Shown one piece after another: positions 18,118-26,900 of a stretch of 54,695 bases of DNA. The translations under genes were made by a program, and so were the position numbers. The notes beneath the pieces are model-generated. The model made no database searches. It saw only the letters and a program-made list of their open reading frames with translations, and was not told where the DNA came from. The stretch lies in assembly GCA_039796875.1 (NCBI GenBank), contig JBDKIY010000001.1:1-54695 (forward strand), written 5' to 3'. Positions within the stretch are counted from its first letter, which is position 1. The number at the start of each line of letters is the position of its first letter. The stretch is from Actinomycetota bacterium (lineage in GTDB: Bacteria > Actinomycetota > Actinomycetes > Nanopelagicales > Nanopelagicaceae).

Positions 18118-18936
18118 ATGGTCATGACTGCCTATGACTGCCCCATCATTAGGATTCGCAGGGTGAGCCTGTTGCATGCCATGGATGGCGGGGAGATTTC
18201 CCTAGAGATTGATGTCGATCAAGGGGCGCGCATCTCCTCTATTAGATTTAGAGAGATCGAATGTGCAGTTCCTTTTCGCGGCCAGACTTTAACTTGGGGT
18301 TGGTATGCGATGGCGCCTTGGGCGGGACGTATTCGTGATGGATTGATTAAGGATTCATCGGGTAATGAGTTTCAACTACCAATTAATTTAGCGGCGCCAA
18401 ATGCAATTCATGGATTTGGTATTAACTCTTCATGGGAAGAGTTGGGCGATGGATATTTCGGATTGGATTTTCCGGCGCCGTATCGTGGTGCGCGAGTTGA
18501 ACAACGTTATGAGATTTTAGATAACGCGCTGCGTTGGTCATTGGAGTATGAAGTAGGTGATTGTGATCTGCCGTTTTGGTTGGGTTTCCATCCTTGGTTC
18601 CCAAGAGAGTTAGAGCGTGGTGGTTCGGTGGAGATTGATTTTCATCCCACTCAGATGCTGGAGCGTGGCCCGGATTATTTGCCGACTGGAAAATTAATTA
18701 CCCCGAGCGCTTCGCCCTGGGATGATGCATTTACCGGTGTGCGCGGAACGCCGACGGTTTATTGGGAAGATGTTTTGCAGATAAAGATTGAATCTGATGC
18801 ACCGTACTGGGTGGTTTATGACCAGGATGCGGAAGGGGTTTGTGTTGAACCACAGACTGCGCCCCCAGATGCCGCGAATTTGGGAATCGCAGGGGATTCA
18901 TATTTAGAAGCTTTGTTTGTTTTCGATGAGATTTAA
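18118..18936 (+). CDS. Aldose 1-epimerase family protein (start codon uncertain)
   Basis: Mutarotase-like motifs (NAIHGFG, GFHPWF, CVEPQT). The first 20 codons may not be translated. Confidence 0.7.
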   Translation: MVMTAYDCPIIRIRRVSLLHAMDGGEISLEIDVDQGARISSIRFREIECAVPFRGQTLTWGWYAMAPWAGRIRDGLIKDSSGNEFQLPINLAAPNAIHGFGINSSWEELGDGYFGLDFPAPYRGARVEQRYEILDNALRWSLEYEVGDCDLPFWLGFHPWFPRELERGGSVEIDFHPTQMLERGPDYLPTGKLITPSASPWDDAFTGVRGTPTVYWEDVLQIKIESDAPYWVVYDQDAEGVCVEPQTAPPDAANLGIAGDSYLEALFVFDEI

Positions 18937-18952
18937 CCACAGCCCACAGTAG

Positions 18953-18983
18953 TAACGACTTGCGTTATTAACGGATTACGTTA
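18953..18983. promoter_or_regulatory. Two tandem TAACG-N5-CGTTA palindromes; candidate HigA operator
   Basis: taacgacttgcgtta (18953-18967) and taacggattacgtta (18969-18983), which end 10 nt before the higB GTG. Confidence 0.55.
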
Positions 18984-18992
18984 TTATATGAC

Positions 18993-19271
18993 GTGATTCT
19001 TTCCTTCGGAGACAGAGATACCCAATCTTTGGCCGCGGGAATACGCGTAAAACGCTTTGTTTCTATTGAAAAAGTAGCAAGGCGTAAATTACGTCAGCTT
19101 GAGATCGCTATGACTCTAGAGGATTTAAAGATCCCTCCTGGAAATCGGTTGGAGCGTTTAAAAGGCCGACGTGATGGCCAGATGAGCATAAGAATCAATG
19201 ATCAGTGGCGAATTTGTTTTGTATGGACTTCAGCAGGGGCCAAAGAGGTAGAAATTGTTGACTATCACTGA
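18993..19271 (+). CDS. higB: Type II toxin HigB (RelE/ParE superfamily, plasmid maintenance system killer family)
   Basis: 92 aa. Contains LKIPPGNRLE.LKG.R.GQ.SIRIN.QWRICF..T....EVEIVDYH, typical of HigB. GTG start. Confidence 0.88.
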   Translation: MILSFGDRDTQSLAAGIRVKRFVSIEKVARRKLRQLEIAMTLEDLKIPPGNRLERLKGRRDGQMSIRINDQWRICFVWTSAGAKEVEIVDYH

Positions 19272-19282
19272 GGAGGGATGTC

Positions 19283-19639
19283 ATGGCAACTAAGGCTGCG
19301 AGAGTAAAGAAGCCTGCTTCAAGAGCAATGGCGCGGAATTTGGACGCGGTTTCTCCAGGCGAATTACTGCTTGAAGAATTTCTTCTACCGATGGATATAA
19401 CTGCCTACAGATTAGCTAAAGAGATTGATGTCCCAGCAACACGAATTGGTGAAATATTGAATGGTCGACGTGGGATATCCGCAGATACCGATTTGCGTTT
19501 GTGTAAGTTCTTTGGATTATCCGATGGCTATTGGTTACGTGCGCAAGCCGCATATGACTTGGAGATATCTCGAGCTAATATTGCTAAGGATTTGATTCGT
19601 ATTAAAACTTGGAAACATCCAATTGGAAAGAGTAAGTAG
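19283..19639 (+). CDS. higA: Antitoxin HigA (XRE-type HTH, addiction module antidote)
   Basis: Contains PGE.L.EEFL.P..IT...LAK...V...RI.EI..G.R.IS.DT.LRL..FFG. A gaggag Shine-Dalgarno sequence lies upstream, and the toxin-first gene order is typical of HigBA. Confidence 0.88.
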   Translation: MATKAARVKKPASRAMARNLDAVSPGELLLEEFLLPMDITAYRLAKEIDVPATRIGEILNGRRGISADTDLRLCKFFGLSDGYWLRAQAAYDLEISRANIAKDLIRIKTWKHPIGKSK

Positions 19640-19641
19640 CA

Positions 19642-20994
19642 ATGATTAATCGCGATCACTTAAAAGCTCTTCATGCTCGTGAAGAGGAGCGTTTTCTAGC
19701 GCGTACTCCGAAGAGTCGTGAGATGTTTGGCGCAGCAAAGCAGGTAATGCCCGGCGGTGTTCCGATGTCGTGGATGACCAAATGGCCCGGTAAATACCCG
19801 TTATTTGTCAGTACTGCCCAGGGCGCGCACTTTGTGGATGTCGATGGAAATGAATATATAGATTTTTGCTTGGGTGACACAGGTTCGATGACTGGGCACT
19901 CTCCGGAGGCCACAACAGCAGCTATTTCTGCCCAACTGAAGAAGGGTATGACCGCGATGTTGCCGACCGATGATGCGGTAGCGGTCTCTAGCGAATTAGC
20001 GCGCCGCTTTGGATTACCGTTGTGGCAATTTACGGTGTCTGCGACTGATGCAAATCGTCACGTGATTCGTTACAGCCGATTAATTACCGATAAATCAAAA
20101 ATTATTGTGATTGATCGCTGCTATCACGGCTCAGTAGATGAAACTTTTGCAACTTTGGATGCGGCGGGTAATACCGTAAAGCGCGAAGGAAATATTGGTG
20201 CGCCAGTGCCCCTTGATGTAACAACACGAGTGGTTGAGTTCAATGATTTGGCGGCGATGGAAGCGGCTCTAAAGCATGGTGATGTTGCGGCAATCTTGAT
20301 GGAACCTGCGATGACTAATGTGGGAATTGTTTTACCGGATGTTGGATATTTAAATGGTGTTGCAGAGCTCGCAAAGAAATATGGTGCCGTTTGGATTATT
20401 GATGAGACCCACACAATTTCGGTAGGTCCTGGTGGAATGACCGCGGACTTGGGATTGAAGCCTGATTTCTTAACAATTGGAAAAGCTATTGGCGGCGGAA
20501 TTCCAGTCGGAACCTTTGGCATGACCCATGAGATTGCAGATCAAATTGCGAAGAAGACTGAGCGCGAAGTTATTGATACCGGCGGAATCGGTGGCACATT
20601 GGCGGGAAATGCATTGTCACTGGCTGCGATGCGTGCGACTTTGACGCAGGTTTTAACAGAAGCGAATTTTGTGAAGATGATCGAACTTGGAAATCGCTGG
20701 TGTGATGGCGTTGATGCAGCAATTAAAGAGTTTGGATTGCCATGGCATGTAAATCGTCTTGGAGCACGCGGGGAATACCTATTTCAAGGTCATGCGGCGC
20801 GCACTGGTGGAGAGGCTGCCAGAGCAGGGGATTTCGAGTTAGAGCAGTACATCCATCTGCGCTTACTTAATGATGGTTTCTTGCTAACGCCATTTCACAA
20901 CATGGCCCTGATGTCGCCCTACACAACCGCTGCCGATGTGGATGCACATACCGAAGCGTTCAGGGTTATGTGCAAGGAGCTGGTTTCAAACTAG
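19642..20994 (+). CDS. Class III aminotransferase (glutamate-1-semialdehyde 2,1-aminomutase-like)
   Basis: Contains DGNEYIDF and IIDETHT. A lysine in TIGKAIGGG is the likely PLP site. It starts 2 nt after the higA stop. Confidence 0.8.
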   Translation: MINRDHLKALHAREEERFLARTPKSREMFGAAKQVMPGGVPMSWMTKWPGKYPLFVSTAQGAHFVDVDGNEYIDFCLGDTGSMTGHSPEATTAAISAQLKKGMTAMLPTDDAVAVSSELARRFGLPLWQFTVSATDANRHVIRYSRLITDKSKIIVIDRCYHGSVDETFATLDAAGNTVKREGNIGAPVPLDVTTRVVEFNDLAAMEAALKHGDVAAILMEPAMTNVGIVLPDVGYLNGVAELAKKYGAVWIIDETHTISVGPGGMTADLGLKPDFLTIGKAIGGGIPVGTFGMTHEIADQIAKKTEREVIDTGGIGGTLAGNALSLAAMRATLTQVLTEANFVKMIELGNRWCDGVDAAIKEFGLPWHVNRLGARGEYLFQGHAARTGGEAARAGDFELEQYIHLRLLNDGFLLTPFHNMALMSPYTTAADVDAHTEAFRVMCKELVSN

Positions 20995-21005
20995 CCTTCG
21001 GGACT

Positions 21006-22244
21006 ATGAAGAGAATCTTGGCGGCACTCATCACTGGAGCTCTTCTAATTTCTACAGTTCAATCTAGCTTCGGTGCCGTAAAAGCTGGTGCTACCTGCAC
21101 AAAGTTAAATCAAAAGAAAACGGTGACAGCCGGCACATTTCAGTGTAAAAAGATTTCCGGCAAACTAAAGTGGAAGTTGATTGCACAAACCCCAACGCCT
21201 TCGGTTACACCAACCCCAACTCCAACCCCAACCCCAACCCCGTCATCAACTCCAACCCCGTCACCAACCCCAACCCCGTCACCAACCCCAACCCCGTCAC
21301 CAACTCCTACTCCGACTCCGTACGACACATCCGAACGTTTGGACTATTTAATAAATTTATTTGTTGATCGCAAAACATCAACTGCTAATTTTCAACCAGC
21401 AACAATAATTGAGTACGGTAAAGGCACACTTCCCGGCTATAAAAACTTAATTGCGACAGGAATCCCTGCGGCTGCAAAGTTTTGGTCCTCTGATATCGCA
21501 GAGAATTTAAAGTTTCCAGTAATTTATTCGGGGTTGGAAGACAAGGATTGGTTCTTAAGTCGAATTGAATTCTATGGACATAGCTCTCCGGTTTATCGCG
21601 AAAATCTAGAGCGCCGCATTAAAGATGAAGGTGACATGGTTGGTCTAGCAGGAGCTAGCGATGCAAACGGAACTTTCTTAATGCAGTTTTTGCAAGGTAA
21701 TGCCAAGGTAAAACTTGATCCACTAGATTACGGAACTGTTCCACATGAATACACACACATAATTCAGAAGTATTTAACCGATAAGAAATCTGGTTATTTG
21801 CCTTGTTGGGCGACTGAAGGTGGTGCAAACGTCTATGCAAATATAATCGTCGGATTATTGCTGGACGATCAAGGTGGCAATAAATACACAATAAGAAACA
21901 GCTCTGTTCGTATGTCGGTATTAAGTAATCAATATGATTTATGGAGCATGAACGCGTTAGATATCGCAAAATTAATGGTGCTAATCGAACCGGACAATGC
22001 AAGAGAATGCACCTTTCCAGGAAGGCTTGGTTATTCACTCGGCATGCTTATGTCGGAGTCCCTACTCATTGAATTTGGACATCAAAAAATGTTGGATTGG
22101 TGGAAACTATCCGCATCAACACCTTGGCGTGAAGCTTTTAAAAGAACTTATGGGTTAGAGGTATCGACTTGGTACACCGAAAAAGCTTCGATCTATGCAG
22201 TTGCAGAAATAGCTAAAATCAAAAAAGGTTGGCCACCCAACTAA
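21006..22244 (+). CDS. Secreted putative zinc metallopeptidase (gluzincin-like HEYTH...E) with an N-terminal Cys2/Lys-rich module and a Pro/Thr linker
   Basis: Signal peptide (MKRILAAL...SSFG/AVK), KAGATC..(20)..CKK.SGKLKW, a PT-rich linker, HEYTHIIQ and a Glu 20 residues after the second His. The ATG at 21006 is preferred over the track start, which overlaps the aminotransferase. Confidence 0.65.
   Translation: MKRILAALITGALLISTVQSSFGAVKAGATCTKLNQKKTVTAGTFQCKKISGKLKWKLIAQTPTPSVTPTPTPTPTPTPSSTPTPSPTPTPSPTPTPSPTPTPTPYDTSERLDYLINLFVDRKTSTANFQPATIIEYGKGTLPGYKNLIATGIPAAAKFWSSDIAENLKFPVIYSGLEDKDWFLSRIEFYGHSSPVYRENLERRIKDEGDMVGLAGASDANGTFLMQFLQGNAKVKLDPLDYGTVPHEYTHIIQKYLTDKKSGYLPCWATEGGANVYANIIVGLLLDDQGGNKYTIRNSSVRMSVLSNQYDLWSMNALDIAKLMVLIEPDNARECTFPGRLGYSLGMLMSESLLIEFGHQKMLDWWKLSASTPWREAFKRTYGLEVSTWYTEKASIYAVAEIAKIKKGWPPN
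21243..21314 (+). repeat. 18-bp tandem repeat (4 copies, the 2 central ones identical) encoding the PSPTPT linker
   Basis: tcaccaaccccaaccccg occurs at 21261-21278 and 21279-21296, with degenerate copies on either side. Confidence 0.9.
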
Positions 22245-23155
22245 GTAAGAAGCGCAATCTCCGATTCACTTAATTTCACTACCGGCATGAGTTGTTTAAT
22301 TTGCTCCAACTTCGTTGCTGAAGCAATTGGTGCAGACACTGTTGGTTGCGCACGAAGCCAGGCCAATGCAATTGAAGCGACAGATGAGTTCTTGTCTTTT
22401 GCGATTTGATCTAGCTTTTCTAACATCGCCCAACCGCGTTCATTTGCGTAAGAGTTAGCAACACCGGTAGCGCGAACGGATTCCACAGTAACCCCTGGGC
22501 GATATTTTCCAGTGAGGAAGCCGCGGGCCAATCCATAAAAAGGAATCTGTGACAAACCATTTGCTTTAAGTGTCGGCATTAAAGTTTTTTCGTAATCGCG
22601 ATCCATCAAATTGTATTGATCCTGGCAGGCGACATAAGAGCTGAGATTTAATCTCTTGGCGATATCTAATGACTCTTGCAAACGCTCTGCAGTGAAGTTA
22701 GAGGCGGCGATGTAGCGGACTTTTCCAGCTTTGATTAGGGCGTCAAATGCGCCAAGGGTTTCCTCGATCGGAGTATCTGGATCATCTTGGTGTGCGTAAT
22801 AAAGATCAATGTAATCAGTTTGCAGACGTCGTAAGGATTCATCGCAAGCAGCTTGAATATTGGCGGGTTTTAATCCTGGTCTGGTATCTAGCTTTGCTAC
22901 CTTGGTGGCAATCACCATTTCACTGCGATTACCGCGCCTTCTCATCCAATTTCCGATGATGGTTTCTGATTCTCCACCGACATGACCTGGCGCCCATTGT
23001 GAGTACATATCCGCGGTATCGATGAAGTTACCGCCATTATCAAAGTAGTAATCAAGAACTATTTCAGAGTTCGCAACATCGGCGCTAAAGCCAAAAACAT
23101 TGCCACCAAGACATAGCGGGTGAACATTCAAATCTGTATTCGCCAAGGTAATCAT
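22241..23155 (-). CDS. Aldo/keto reductase
   Basis: Contains [18 protein letters not shown] and family-typical C-terminal sequence. Its stop overlaps the upstream convergent gene. Confidence 0.88.
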   Translation of the reverse strand: MITLANTDLNVHPLCLGGNVFGFSADVANSEIVLDYYFDNGGNFIDTADMYSQWAPGHVGGESETIIGNWMRRRGNRSEMVIATKVAKLDTRPGLKPANIQAACDESLRRLQTDYIDLYYAHQDDPDTPIEETLGAFDALIKAGKVRYIAASNFTAERLQESLDIAKRLNLSSYVACQDQYNLMDRDYEKTLMPTLKANGLSQIPFYGLARGFLTGKYRPGVTVESVRATGVANSYANERGWAMLEKLDQIAKDKNSSVASIALAWLRAQPTVSAPIASATKLEQIKQLMPVVKLSESEIALLT

Positions 23156-23395
23156 TAAGAAAGATTAGCGCAGCCCTTTATGCTTACCTAATGAAGCGGT
23201 TTTGGATGGTAGCGATACTGGTTTTATCTTTGATTTCATTACCTTCTTTCGCAGCGGTCAAAGCGGGAGATAAATGTCCAAAGATTGGTAAAACCGCTAC
23301 TGCAAACGGCGCTGAATATAAGTGTGTAAAGAAAAATAAGAAACTGGTTTGGCAAAAAGTTAAATCAATAAGCCCACTTCCAGCGCCAACACCAA
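23103..23395 (+). repeat. Copy A of a 293-bp direct repeat (AKR 5' end, divergent promoter region, and the signal peptide plus Cys2 module of the peptidase gene)
   Basis: Aligns without indels to 24630-24922 at a constant offset of 1527 bp. I estimate roughly 80 percent identity by eye. The 35 bp before the ATG are nearly identical. Confidence 0.85.
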
Positions 23396-24591
23396 CTCCA
23401 ACTCCCACGCCATCACCTTCGGTAACGCCAACACCAACTCCAACTCCCACGCCATCACCTTCGGTAACCCCAACACCTAGCCCATCGGTAACTTTGTCAG
23501 CACTGCCATCAGATCCAACCGCTAATTGCAAGGTGCCGGTATTTGATGGACGTGGAGATGTAGCAATTGGATTTCCCAGAATTTCAGATCGATTGAAATC
23601 TACTGGTGAGGTAATAACCAAGGTAATAATGGTTGATTTTCCGGATGCGCCAGCAACCATGACTCCGCAGCAAGCATTTGCAAAAGTTTCTCAGGCATCT
23701 GCTTTATTTGATGAACTTTCATATTCTCAAATGCAATTTGTTATGCAGCCGACCTATAAGTGGTATCGAATGGGACAAGGTGCCAAGAATTACGCACCAC
23801 TTAATCAATCATTTGCACATCATCGGGCCTACATGGCAGAGGCAATTTCCTTGGCTGATGCTGATATTGATTTCAGCAAAACCGATGCCATATTGATTTT
23901 GGCGAATCCTGATGCAAAGGAAATTGGTAATTCGGGACCAGCATTTACATCGATTTACGGCAATGGATTTACCTTGGACGGCAAATACATCGCTAACGGT
24001 GCGACCTCAGCTTATGACTTAAATTATTGGGGTTATATCTGGCTCAATCACGAGTTCGGCCACGCTCTGGGATTTCCTGATTTATATGCCTTCACACGCG
24101 AAGATGCATCAAATCCTATGGATGGACATCGCTACGTAGGTGAATACAGCTTGATGGGGTTGAGCAGCCTTAACGCCAACTCTCCCGGATTTCTAGCGTG
24201 GGAGAGATGGTTGGTGGGTTGGCTAGACAACGACCAAATTCATTGCATGGAAGGAAAATCAACTTCAAAGTTGATTACCCCAATACAAAGAAAAGGTGGA
24301 TTAAAAGCGGTAATAGTCCCAATCTCATTCACAAAGGTATTGGTGATTGAAAGTCGTCGTGCAGAGGGCGTAGATAAGAACTTGAAGAAGTCGGGAGCAT
24401 TGATATATTTGATTGATTCTGCAGTGCAATCCGGCATGGGCCCGCTCAAGATTTATCCAGCTAGTAACGCAGATAACCGCAGACTAGAGAGCACTCGAGC
24501 TGCAGGTGAAAGTGTGACGGTTGAGGGAATTACGGTTACGGTTAAGAGGTCCGACAAAGATGGCGATCTGGTTGAGGTAACCCGCAATTAA
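23191..24591 (+). CDS. Secreted zinc metallopeptidase with HEFGHALGFPD motif (M6 InhA-like / M7 snapalysin-like), sharing the N-terminal Cys2/Lys-rich module and PT linker
   Basis: Signal peptide ...SFA/AVK, KAGDKCPKIGKTA..(8)..CVKKNKKLVWQK, a PT/PS linker, and NHEFGHALGFPDLY. Confidence 0.72.
   Translation: MKRFWMVAILVLSLISLPSFAAVKAGDKCPKIGKTATANGAEYKCVKKNKKLVWQKVKSISPLPAPTPTPTPTPSPSVTPTPTPTPTPSPSVTPTPSPSVTLSALPSDPTANCKVPVFDGRGDVAIGFPRISDRLKSTGEVITKVIMVDFPDAPATMTPQQAFAKVSQASALFDELSYSQMQFVMQPTYKWYRMGQGAKNYAPLNQSFAHHRAYMAEAISLADADIDFSKTDAILILANPDAKEIGNSGPAFTSIYGNGFTLDGKYIANGATSAYDLNYWGYIWLNHEFGHALGFPDLYAFTREDASNPMDGHRYVGEYSLMGLSSLNANSPGFLAWERWLVGWLDNDQIHCMEGKSTSKLITPIQRKGGLKAVIVPISFTKVLVIESRRAEGVDKNLKKSGALIYLIDSAVQSGMGPLKIYPASNADNRRLESTRAAGESVTVEGITVTVKRSDKDGDLVEVTRN
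23385..23468 (+). repeat. Perfect 42-bp tandem duplication inside the PT linker
   Basis: gccaacaccaactccaactcccacgccatcaccttcggtaac occurs at 23385-23426 and again at 23427-23468. Confidence 0.95.
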
Positions 24592-24625
24592 TTTCGGTAT
24601 AAAACATCACGCTTAAAATCAATGC

Positions 24626-24682
24626 GTTACCACCAAGACATATTGGATGGAGATTCAAATCCAAATTTGGCAAGGTAATCAT
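24626..24682 (-). pseudogene. Remnant of the first 19 codons of the aldo/keto reductase gene, carried along by the segmental duplication
   Basis: The reverse strand reads MITLPNLDLNLHPICLGGN, against [19 protein letters not shown] at 23155. Homology is lost after that point. Confidence 0.8.
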
Positions 24683-24922
24683 AAAGAGAGATTAGCGCCG
24701 CCCTTTATGCTTACCTAATGAAGCGGCTCTTTATGGCAGCGATCCTAGTTTTCACTTTGACTTCATTACCTACTTTCGCTGCTGTGAAAGCTGGAGATAA
24801 GTGTCCAAAGATTGGTAAAACAGCGACTTTAAGCGGAGCAAAATTTAAGTGTATGAAGAAAAATAAGAAATTAGTGTGGCAAAAAGTTAAGTTAAGCAGC
24901 CCACAGCCAGCGCCAACTCCTA
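24630..24922 (+). repeat. Copy B of the 293-bp direct repeat
   Basis: See copy A. Both ATGs (23191 and 24718) and both AKR-type ATGs (23155 and 24682) are exactly 1527 bp apart. Confidence 0.85.
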
Positions 24923-25941
24923 CCCCTGCCACTTCTGTTACTCCGACACCATCTCCAACACCAACTCCAACACCAACGCAAGATGAAGAACCAATGCAGA
25001 CTGCTACCCCGACTCCACTTCCGACCGTGGAAAAAGCACCGACCGGATTTGGGGATCTAATTGAAAATTATCGAGGCATTCCGATTGTGGTTTGGAATGA
25101 AGCCCAGATTCTTGCCAACTCGGGAACCGAGAAAACTAACTTCGAAATTGAATTTGGACCGAAAACTAAATTACAAACGGAGATTGGATCCCCTCTTGCC
25201 TACTTGAAGAGAGCATCACGTTTTTGGAGCAATTATGTTCAACCGACGATTACGAAAGCTTTCTTCTATAACTACACAGATCTATCCTGGGTCCAAGACA
25301 AGAATCGAAACTTGGGTGGTTCCTGGCATAAGCCAGAAGATCTCGCAAACAACTGCAAAGGAGAGTCTGACTGTAATTCCTTCGGTGGGGCGTTCAAAGG
25401 AATGGGTCAGTTGTTTATTGGTGTGAGTAACGAGTTGAAGCCATTATGGAATCTTGGTTGGGTACGTGGGAATTTATATCATGAGTACACACACACCGTT
25501 CAGTACACTCAATTAAACGCTCCGGCTAATGTGAAGCTTCCATGTTGGTTTGCAGAAGGTCAGCCACAGGTGATTGGACAAACTCTCGGCTTTGAAAACT
25601 TAATTGACTATAAAAAATCAAGGATTAGTTGGATTGCGCAGCCTGCTGGATTACTTGGTGACTACAGCCCAGAATCAATACTTAGATTTTATGAACTCAC
25701 TGGAGCTGCAGGAAACGGGGTTTGCAATCAAAACGTTCGACCAAGAGTTTACGATGTTGGATATTTTACTGTTGAAGCCCTCTCTTCAATTAAGGGAATC
25801 CAAGCATCAATGGATCTCGTAATCAGTGTTGGTAAGGGAAATAGTTTTGAAAGTAGCTTTTCGGCAATTTACGGTGTCACGTGGAAGGAGGCGGCACCAA
25901 TTCTTGCCCAAGTGGTGTCAAAGATTTATCTAGAGCGTTAG
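24718..25941 (+). CDS. Secreted putative zinc metallopeptidase (gluzincin-like HEYTH...E). It is a paralogue of 21006..22244 in its catalytic part and of 23191..24591 in its N-terminal part.
   Basis: Signal peptide ...TFA/AVK, KAGDKCPKIGKTA..CMKKNKKLVWQK, a PT linker, and HEYTHTVQ...LPCWFAEG (compare HEYTHIIQ...LPCWATEG in the first paralogue). Confidence 0.68.
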   Translation: MKRLFMAAILVFTLTSLPTFAAVKAGDKCPKIGKTATLSGAKFKCMKKNKKLVWQKVKLSSPQPAPTPTPATSVTPTPSPTPTPTPTQDEEPMQTATPTPLPTVEKAPTGFGDLIENYRGIPIVVWNEAQILANSGTEKTNFEIEFGPKTKLQTEIGSPLAYLKRASRFWSNYVQPTITKAFFYNYTDLSWVQDKNRNLGGSWHKPEDLANNCKGESDCNSFGGAFKGMGQLFIGVSNELKPLWNLGWVRGNLYHEYTHTVQYTQLNAPANVKLPCWFAEGQPQVIGQTLGFENLIDYKKSRISWIAQPAGLLGDYSPESILRFYELTGAAGNGVCNQNVRPRVYDVGYFTVEALSSIKGIQASMDLVISVGKGNSFESSFSAIYGVTWKEAAPILAQVVSKIYLER

Positions 25942-25964
25942 TTGATTCCTAAAGAATCATGTAG

Positions 25965-26900
25965 CTAATTTGATAATTGCGAAATCGTATAGCGATAGAG
26001 CACATCACGCGCCCACTCGGTGAAGCCGAGTGATTGATAGAGCTTGATGGCGGCGGTGTTATCGGCATCGACATAAAGCATCGCGCTGAAGATTCCTTGA
26101 TAACGCAGGTGGCGCAGGCCGGCGATAGTGACCGCTTTGCCAATTCCTTTACCTGCATAGTCTGGGTCGACGCCCATAATATAAATCTCGCCAATTGGAT
26201 CGTGGTCATGATGCTCTTCATGCTCGGAGTGTTTATGAGAGTGGCCACCATGAACCTTGGTCCAACAAAAACCAATCATCTTTTGTTTTTCTTCCGCGAT
26301 TAAAAAACCTTGTGGATCAAACCAATCTTCTTTAGTTCTAATTTCGAGATCTCTTGCACTCCAGTTGCCTTGATCAGGATGACTTGCGAAAGATTTGTTA
26401 TTTAGCGCGACCCATTCATCGTTATCGATACCTGGCAGGAAGTTTCTAATAGAAAAATCTTTAGTGAGCTCAGGAATTGGATCATTAAGCGAACGGCGCA
26501 TTTGAATTACGGTGCGCACTTTCTTAAAGCCGTTGTGCTCGGTGATGTTTTTTGCGCCGGGAAGATCGCCATGGGACCAGAGTCTTAGATTGTTACCAGA
26601 GGCGTTGTGTAATGCTTTGAGAAGTTCTTGGCCGTAGCCCTTTTTTCTGTGCTGGGGATGAATAACTAGCTCTGCGCTGGGGCCTTCAACCTCATCAGTG
26701 AGATCCAAGTGGGCGTAACCAACTACTTTGTTTTCATGTGAGGCAATCAGATGAGTATCTGCTTTATCGCCGCCATGGCGTAGATGTAGCAAAACATGTT
26801 CGCTAACCGGGGGAACACCATCGTGATCTGTGGCGGTAGAAATTAAAGCTAGAACTTCACCTTGAGTTTTCTCATCAAGATGAGAGAGCTGGGTAATCAA
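25965..26900 (-). CDS. mshD: Mycothiol synthase (two-domain GNAT acetyltransferase)
   Basis: Tandem GNAT domains ([11 protein letters not shown] and AGKGIGKAV). Lies downstream of glnR as in mycobacteria. TTG start overlapping the glnR stop. Confidence 0.85.
   Translation of the reverse strand: MITQLSHLDEKTQGEVLALISTATDHDGVPPVSEHVLLHLRHGGDKADTHLIASHENKVVGYAHLDLTDEVEGPSAELVIHPQHRKKGYGQELLKALHNASGNNLRLWSHGDLPGAKNITEHNGFKKVRTVIQMRRSLNDPIPELTKDFSIRNFLPGIDNDEWVALNNKSFASHPDQGNWSARDLEIRTKEDWFDPQGFLIAEEKQKMIGFCWTKVHGGHSHKHSEHEEHHDHDPIGEIYIMGVDPDYAGKGIGKAVTIAGLRHLRYQGIFSAMLYVDADNTAAIKLYQSLGFTEWARDVLYRYTISQLSN

Noticed and set aside
21190-21320. Short tandem repeats that might look like a CRISPR or minisatellite array (also at 23385..23468).
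   Set aside because: The units are contiguous with no spacers, are in frame, and encode Pro/Thr/Ser linkers inside CDSs. No cas genes are present.
23184-23660. A 158-aa minus-strand ORF rich in [15 protein letters not shown]. Similar ORFs lie at 21140..21328 and 24711..24932.
   Set aside because: These are antisense shadows of the Pro/Thr linker repeats and signal-peptide regions of the plus-strand peptidase genes. They are low-complexity, have no independent start context, and overlap well-supported genes completely.
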